The notes below the pieces were generated by a model. It had not been told where the DNA came from. It saw nothing but the letters and a program-made list of their open reading frames with translations, and ran no database searches. 64,000 nt of DNA, from NCBI RefSeq assembly GCF_009914755.1, contig NC_060936.1; one strand, 5' to 3'. Each line of letters opens with the position of its first letter. The first letter of the stretch is position 1. This document shows, in pieces, positions 54,874 to 64,000 of this stretch. Made by a program: the position numbers and the translations under genes. Source of the stretch: the human T2T-CHM13v2.0 reference genome, Homo sapiens.

Positions 54874-55400
54874 TAACCAAGACTCCAAGCAAGCTATAGT
54901 CCACAGAAAAACAAAGTCCACAGAAAGCTGGTAGAATGCAAAGCAGCTGGATGATGGCAGTTTTGACCAATAGGCACATGCAACTCTAAGAAGGAGAACT
55001 CCTCTTTGGCAAAAGATCCACTTCATACTTTTGTATTCAAGAAAATTCGAGATGGGTGTATATATATATACACCCCCAAAGGACCAGAAAGAGGCTCTCC
55101 TGGATGCAGAGAGTGTTGGGGAGATTAAATAGAAGAAGCCACTCAAACAAAGGATCCTATATATCTGTCATTAAATTCTGGGCTCACCCTTGAAGTGTGC
55201 ATGCATGGAAATGATCCTAAACAATACACTAGCTCGAGAGCTGAACTATGGGATAGAACACCACTTAGGTCCCAGATTGCCTACTGGGTGGCGCACACAC
55301 ACAGTACGGATTTGAATAATTTTCCAAAAGCTTTGAAAACACAGTCCACAGAAAGCAGGTAGGAACATGCAACTTAAACATAATAAGTTTAAATACCTTA

Positions 55401-55863
55401 TGAGGTGGCCAGCCTCCAAGATGGCCCCCAATGACCCCACATCCTGGTATTCACACCCTCTCCTCACATACTGTACCAAGATTGGTCTACATGGCCAATA
55501 GAGTAGGGCAGAAGTGACTGCTTGTCTCTTTCGAGGTTACAAGACTGTGGCTTCAGAATTGGGTTCACTCTGTCTTGATCACTCTATCTAGGGGAAGTTA
55601 TGTCATGACCAGCCCTACAGAGAGGCCCACATGGGTGGTGCAGAACTGAAGTCTCCTGTCAACCTCCACATGAGTGAGCTTGGAAGTGGATCCTCAAAAT
55701 CCGGTCAAGCTTTGATTGCAGCATCATGAGATATCCTAAGCCAGAAGCACTGAGCTAAGTCACTCTTAGCTTTCTGACCCTCTGAAGCTGTGAGATAATG
55801 TTTGCTGTGTTAAGCTCCTGGGGTTTGGCATAATTTGTTATGCAGCAGCAGATAACTAATATG
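55401..55863 (+). mobile_element. MLT1F-family solo LTR
   Basis: CAGCCTCCAAGATGGCCCCCAATGA, CCTGGTATTCACACCC, GTGAGCTTGGAAGTGGATCCTC; end GTTATGCAGCAGCAGATAACTAATA. Confidence 0.85.
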
Positions 55864-56974
55864 CCTACCAAAACAAGCAAGCAAAAAGCAACATTCTCCA
55901 TAGGATTCAAACAAGACATAGAGTCTTATAACAATCAAAACGTCAATGATGCAATCCAGATTACTTGACAAAAGAACTGAGAAAAATCTCAACAATTTGC
56001 AAGGAAAAAGATAATCAACAAGAAGAAGCAAACAACCTAATTTCAAAGAGCTGGCAAGGATGCTAGGTTTACCCCTAAGTATATCATTTTTAATGTAACT
56101 ATTGAAAAATTATATTTTTACTTTATTTTCCAAATCCCTATTGCTAGTACATAAAAATATAACTGACATTTTTATGTTGACCTTGTATCCTGTAGTGTTG
56201 TTAAATTCATGTATGCAGACTTTTAGCAGATTCCTTGAGATTTCCTATGTAGACACAATCATACTGAGTAAAAGAATCCAGTTTCCAAATGTTACATAAT
56301 GTATGATTCCATTCATATGACTGAAAAGGGCCAGATGGGGAAAGGTTCTTAATACAAAAGGGTAGCACAAGGGAATTTTTGAAGTCATATAAATGTTCTT
56401 TATTCTGCATATGTGTTGGTGCACATATACAATATATGCATACACAAATCCATATATGTGCTTAAACTCAAAACTGTATATCAAAAAAATCAATGTGTGC
56501 AAATTTAAAGCAATAAAACCATAAAAATGAGAGAAGCCTGTAATATATAATGCTTCCCATAAAAAGTCTCAAAAGTTGTTTTATAGTATTACATATTCTC
56601 CTAATTATAGGTAAAATGTGTGAATGTTTACGCACTTGTATGCCTATGTGTTTGTAGGTATGCATTATGTGAGTACAGAAATATCTTTAAGAATCCAAAG
56701 TAAATTATTAACAGAAGTGGAATTGGGGAGGAGTAAAAAATTTTACTTGAGTAAACTTTTTTATTTTATTTTTTATAACCAACTTGTATAATATTTGTAA
56801 ATCATTCAAATTAAGATTTGTGTAATGAGAAAAATTGAGGCCCAGATACACTGTCTTGTCCAAGGTCATACAATGACATAATCAAAAGGATTCTAACATT
56901 TTATGCCTAATGTTCTTTTCAATAAATCAGAGGCAATGGATTCTAAAGAAAGTCAGAAAGCAGAGACTGGGCAG

Positions 56975-57710
56975 TTAAGAAAGGTATTGTAGAGGAAGAG
57001 GCATTTTGAGCCATGCCTTAAAGGATTAGAAAAACTTCAAAGATGTAGATTATGGGAGGGAATTTTTGGTGAGGAGAATATCTTAAGCACTAGAGCAGGG
57101 TCAGGAAAAAATAAAGCCTGTTCAGAGTAGTTCAGATTAATTAGATCAATTATATAGATATACATATGGCATTAGTACAAAACGATGCAGAGATTTTGCA
57201 GGGCATGAGAACTTCGAAAAGACTCTATGATAATTAGGATTATATTAATAGGTTTCAGAGGAATTTCAGGGGAAGTAGAAGGGAAAGAAGCCAGAGTGCA
57301 GGAGGTTAAAAAACAAGTAAATGATGTGTCAATAAGACACAGGGATATGTTTGGATGAGAAAGAAAATTACAGGAAAGTAATTTAAAGGGAAAGTAGTAT
57401 CAGTGAAAGAATTGAAGGAGGGTAAGCTTTATGATAATTGATAATGGGCATGTTTCAGGCAAAAAGAAATATGGGCAAGTGAAAAAAGAAAAGCACCAAA
57501 GAGGCAGCATTGATGAAACAAGAGCCAATAGGAGGGTGAATATAGGGATAAGGGTATGGCTTTGGCTCTGAGGCTTGCTTCTTGATTGATTGTTTGTTTC
57601 ATTGAAGAAACAAGGGCCAATAAGAGATGAGGGTAGAGATGGAGGCATTAGCCTTGCCTTTGAGATTTGTAGAGGACTAAAAGGGATTTTTGGAAATGAC
57701 AAAGAAAAAA
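56975..57710 (-). mobile_element. L2 remnant
   Basis: Purine-rich diverged L2 motifs (TTTGAGCCATGCCTTAAAGGAT; AAGAAGCCAGAGTGCAGGAGGTT). Confidence 0.5.
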
Positions 57711-57721
57711 TGTGGAAGATA

Positions 57722-58283
57722 ATATGGCAGATTGTATTTTTCTCAGGTGGCTGCAACCATACCTACCACCCTGCATGCTCTTCTTGCAATTTTATTTTTG
57801 GTATTTCTCTCTTTAAAAGGTAGGGTCAATTGCCTTTCCCTCTTACATATGGGTGAGATTTGTGACCATTTCAACCAATAAAGTTCAGCAGATATGAAAG
57901 CTAGGATAGAGGTTAGCATATAAAAGAAAATACAGCTTCTACTTTGCTCACTGGAACACTCATGCTCAAAGCCTCAAACTATCACTACTCAGTAAGTCCA
58001 AAGACTTTGAGTCTGCCATCCTATGAGAAAGCCAACACACATGGAGAAGCCATATACAGGTGCTCTAGTCTACAGTATTTGTCTTTGTTCCTCTTTTCCC
58101 ATCCACCAGACATGTGAGTAAATTAGTCTTCCAATAATTCCAGCTCCCCCGTCATCCCAGTTAAGACCCCCAGATACCATGGAACAGAGGTAAATCATAC
58201 TCACTGTATCCTTTCTAAATTCCTGACACACAGATAATGAAGTAGTTGCTGTTTTATGCCACTTACTTTGGGGAGCTTTGTTA
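57722..58283 (+). mobile_element. MLT1 (H-like) solo LTR
   Basis: TGGCAGATTGTATTTT, CACCAGACATGTGAGT, AAATTCCTGAC.CACAGA, TTTTATGCCACT..TTTGGGG..TTTGTTAT. Confidence 0.7.
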
Positions 58284-59789
58284 TATAGCAATAATCAGAA
58301 CAGAGCACCTCAATTTATTAGAAAACCACGGTTCTGTGTTTAATGGGTTATGATGCAGGCTGAGAAAAAGGTAGTAAAAGATGAATCCTGGCCTCAGGAA
58401 GTTTATAATCAGAAGACAAAATAAGACATGTACGTAACCACCCAATCACTCATAACTACGTGTAACCACCCAACAAGGCAGGAAGTCAGTAGTGCTGCTA
58501 GTGACAACTTTCTCAACAACCTTTCCTTTCCCTGACAACCTTTCCCAGAGAGAGTAAGAAGCCCAGGGTGGGACTAGGGTTTCAATGAGTTAAAGTACTT
58601 GGAATAAACTATTACAGTGAGTGTTCTAGAAAGGCAACAAGACATGACTAAAAAGATGATTCAATATCAATGAGGGCACAGCTGGATTTAATAGCACAAA
58701 TTTGGAAAGGGCCATATCAGCTCAGTTGGATTATGTCCTCTAGCAATGTTTAACAGTTTGGAAGAAGAAGTTGGAAATTCAACAGTGGCAAAGAGCTGAA
58801 TTTTATCTGGCATGACAATTACTTGCACACTCCTTGATTCATTTAGCAAATATTTGTTAAACACCTACTCTATGCCAGGCACTATGCATGATAGAATGAA
58901 AGGGGGACTATATAGCTGAGTATTAAAATATACTGAAATAGGAGGGCTTTGAGAAAATTTTGAGAAAGTTTTTGAATGGAAATGAGACAGATCTTCTTTC
59001 CAGTAATAGCATTAAAGTGAGTATAAATATCACAATTAAAAGGAAGTAAGCCTGAGATAAATTAAGGCCCCTCGCACTCCTAAGATTCTGTAATTTGGTA
59101 AGGCCTGAAGTGAGGTCTAAGGGAGGGTAATAGTTACAAGGAGGCCATAACTAAATAGTATTTGAGAGTTGGTCAAATTAAATTTTAACTTACTCTTGGT
59201 TCTGAATTATTCTCCTCTAAGCCACCAAACAACAGTTAGTCTGAAGATGGACAGTGGCTAGCTATGATTTCAAGAATAAGTAGTTATTTCCCAAAAATAT
59301 ATTTCAAAGTTTGGCTGGATTTCTTTTCAAGGAAGTTATGTTTAGCCCATCTAAAGACTTACATCTCATATTAATTGTATTTTACTGATCTGATAATTTA
59401 AAATGGTACCTTCCTGTTTTACTTTTCAATTCCCTGGGAACTAATGAAGTTGAACATATTTTCATTAGCGATTGTCCACTTGGGCTTCTTGCTTTTTAAG
59501 GTGCCTTTTCATACACTTTGCCCATATTGCTACTGTATTCTTGTAGGGTTTTTAAAAATATATTTGGGATTTATATGTGGTTTCTGTTTAAAAAAAGGAC
59601 TGATATTTCACACGTTTTGAGTTTAAAAGAATCTTTGGTGCTCTAAGAACTGAAGAAAACTGTCCTGACATTATCCTTTTCATCAGTTTTTAAAAATAAT
59701 CTCAGCTGTTCTGGAATGCTTATTCCAAGTCTTACTGGCACATACTGGTGACCCTTGTTCCACACTATGTCATATCAGCTAAAGACAAA

Positions 59790-60238
59790 TGATGTTTTAC
59801 AGCTGTTTGCCTATGAGTTGTTTTGCAACAGAATGCAGCAGACTGTCTGAGTTTTTTTAGTAATCATCTTAGATTTATGGCTTGTACTTGGCTTTGGTGG
59901 AACTAGGCAGGTTTAACAGTTAAATCTAGTCACTTAACTATAATGTGCCTCTATGGCCATCTCAGCATAAAAGAACTGGACCTGGAGCAGTCTTTGAGCT
60001 TCCTAGTAATGAGATGCTTTGCACACACAGTGGTGGTGGTTTGTGACCTGGAAACAAAGCATGTTTTATTCGACCCAGCAACAGAAGGACAAAGAAACTT
60101 AGATAAGAAATCTCCTGACATTTTAAATACATATTCTTTTCCTGATATTGTTGTCCTGTATCCTTTGCTTGTAATAAAAGTGTTCGAAGAGTATAAATGA
60201 TTTGAGTCTTATGAGTCATTTCAGCAATCAGTAATGGA
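59790..60238 (+). mobile_element. MER21/MER68-like ERVL LTR remnant
   Basis: GAGCTTCC, TGTATCCTTTGCTTGTAATAAA, GAGTATAA...TGAGTCTTATGAGTC...AGCAATCA. Confidence 0.55.
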
Positions 60239-60361
60239 ACAGTTAAGGTAATTGATATAATTAATGCACATAGTATGGGGGTTAGGAAGGCATGAAGAAG
60301 ATCTCTAAGGGAAAACTTATTTATTTATTTATTCAGCCTTTACTGAGTGTTTACTGGCTCC

Positions 60362-60426
60362 AAAAATCTCACTAGGCTAGAAAACGAAATCCTGCAAGAG
60401 GGAAGAGAAAAAAAAAATCTCACTAG
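60362..60426 (+). other. 37-bp orphan insert with A tract and perfect 14-bp flanking duplication, inside an L2 remnant
   Basis: AAAAATCTCACTAG at 60362-60375 and 60413-60426 flanks GCTAGAAAACGAAATCCTGCAAGAGGGAAGAG plus an A run. Confidence 0.75.
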
Positions 60427-60968
60427 CAATTGGCAGACAAAAATAACTCAGGCATGACCCTTGATCATAAGATATTCACATTGTGAAGAAAAATATAGAC
60501 ATACAAACAAAAGATCACAACCGATTGCAATAACTTCTGAAAGAGGGATGCGTAAAAGCAGTGAAAAAGAGAGTAAATCTTTTTGAGGGAGTTTGTTAGG
60601 GCTTTGTATTTAAGCTTAGTCATAAAAGATGGGCATGACTTATCAAGGAGAAGTAAAAAATGCAAATGCAAGGGAGAAATATATTCCAAGAAATTGATGT
60701 GTAGTTTTGTTTATAAATTTTCATTAACATATACAAGTGAGTTTAACATTTTTTGAGAAAATAATTTTTTGATTTCATTAACAGAGAGCCTTTTAAACAA
60801 ATTATGGCAACATTTGTGCCACTGAATACTATACAACATGTATATATACATATATAAAGAAAAAGAACATTCTCTAAATACTAATAAAGAAAAATATCCA
60901 CCACAATGTAGAATAGATCTCCATAATTCTGGTCCTATAGGAAGACTATGTCCAAAGAATATGAGTTA

Positions 60969-62850
<1,882 letters not shown>

Positions 62851-63683
62851 CAGTCATGTGCCACAGAATAATGGTGCAGTCAACAACAGACCATATATGC
62901 AATGGTGGTCACATAACATTATAACGGAGTTGAAAAATTCCTATCATCTAGTGCTGTCCTGATGATCCTGACCCTGCGTAGGCCTAGGATAACATGTGTG
63001 TTTGTATCTTAATTTTTAACAAAAAAGTTTAAAAAGTAAAAAAGAAAACAAATTAAATAGAGAAAAATCTTGTAGAATAATGATATAAAGAAAGAAAATA
63101 TTTTTGTACAGCTGTACAATGTGTTTGTGTTTGAAGCGGTATTACAGAAGAGTCAAAAAGTTTTAAAAATTAAAGTTTGTAAAGTTATAGTATGCTAAGG
63201 TTAATTTATTATTAAAGAAAGGAAATTATTTTTTATAAATTTAGCATAGCCTAAATGTACAGTTTATAAAGTCTACAGTAGTATACAGTAATGCCCCATG
63301 CCTTCACATTTACTCACTACTTACTCACTGACTCATCCAGAACAACTTCCAGTCTTGCAAGGTCCATTCATGGTAAGTGCCTATACCAGTGTACCACTTT
63401 TGTATTTTATATTTTATTTATACGATATCTTTTCTATGTTTAGACATGTTTAGGTACACAAATACTTACCATTATGTTACAATTGCCTATAGTATTCAGT
63501 ACAGTAACATGCTGTACAGGTTTGTAGCCTAGAAACAATGGGCTATACCATATAGCCTAGGTGTGTAGTAGGTTGTCCCATCTAGGTTTGTGTAAATTCA
63601 CTCTGTGATGCTTGCACAATGACAAAATCACCTGATGACACATTTCTTAGAACATATCCCCCTAGTTAACCAGTACATGATTG
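62851..63683 (+). mobile_element. Tigger3 (Golem)-family element, internally deleted Tigger3b-like
   Basis: Terminal repeats CAGTCATG / CATGATTG with TA on both sides (62849-62850, 63684-63685); internal GAAAAATTCCTATC and CAGGTTTGTAGCCTAG. Confidence 0.87.
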
Positions 63684-63685
63684 TA

Positions 63686-64000
63686 TTTCTTTGAATAAGC
63701 TTTTAGTCCCCTTCTCTTTCTCTTCTCCTTTTGTAACTCTCATAATGCACATATTGTTGTCCCATACTCCTTTAAGCTATCTTCACTCTTTTTTCTTAAT
63801 TTTTGCTCCTCTAAATGGATGATTTCCAATGACCTGGCTTTTTTTCCTGATTCTTTCTTATGTTTGATTTAGTCTTCTGTTGAACCCTTCTATTTAATTT
63901 TTCAGTTTAGTTATTGTATTCTTCAGTTCTATAATTCCTATTTAGTACTTTTAAAATATTTTATATTTCTTTGTTGAAATTATAACTTTGTTCATGCTAT
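63686..64000 (-). mobile_element. Old L1M ORF1-region fragment, antisense
   Basis: T-rich TTCTTTGAATAAGCTTT..CCCTTCTCT, CTGTTGAACCCTTCTA, CAGTTTAGTTATTGTATTCTTCAG; similar in character to 9750-10200. Confidence 0.7.

Larger units (their letters stand above)
53430..56525 (+). mobile_element. Patchwork of old L1M pieces (5' region, ORF2 and 3' end) hosting MER53, MER50 and MLT1F
   Basis: L1-type segments (GTCACTGTGGCATTATTTAAAA; TCTCGGGAAAATGGAGTAAG; GTTACATAATGTATGATTCCATT). An antisense ORF2 piece lies at about 56063-56264. Confidence 0.55.

Noticed and set aside
58434-58473. 12-bp direct repeat GTAACCACCCAA (and a 17-bp imperfect tandem at 62636-62669)
   Set aside because: Short local duplications with two copies only; no array structure.

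Overview
Human non-coding genomic DNA (the near-consensus AluYa5 insertion is diagnostic). It is AT-rich and dominated by interspersed repeats. I find no protein-coding exon, RNA gene, CpG island or CRISPR-like array, and I cannot identify the locus. The window holds about 15 Alus (J, S, Y, Ye-like, Ya5), a full-length but dead L1PA7 (22098-28557) nested in an L1MB, a near-complete old L1M on the minus strand (4.2-11.3 kb), many MaLR/ERV solo LTRs, Tigger and hAT DNA-transposon relics, and L2/MIR fragments. Nearly all ORFs in the track are repeat-derived or chance. I see no evidence of a new multi-gene system. The most notable local observations are: (1) a 37-bp orphan insert with an A tract and a perfect 14-bp target-site duplication (TSD) at 60362-60426; (2) a 96-bp ~92%-identical dispersed duplication (49766-49861 / 52075-52169); (3) an open ORF0-like antisense frame in the L1PA7 5'UTR; (4) an ancient RTE-clade LINE relic recognisable mainly at protein level (12850-13530); (5) a 37-bp palindrome at 3403-3439; (6) a YY1/GC-box/CCAAT/TATA promoter-like string at 49345-49419. 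Repeat subfamily names come from recalled consensus sequences, not from a search, and boundaries of old elements are approximate.
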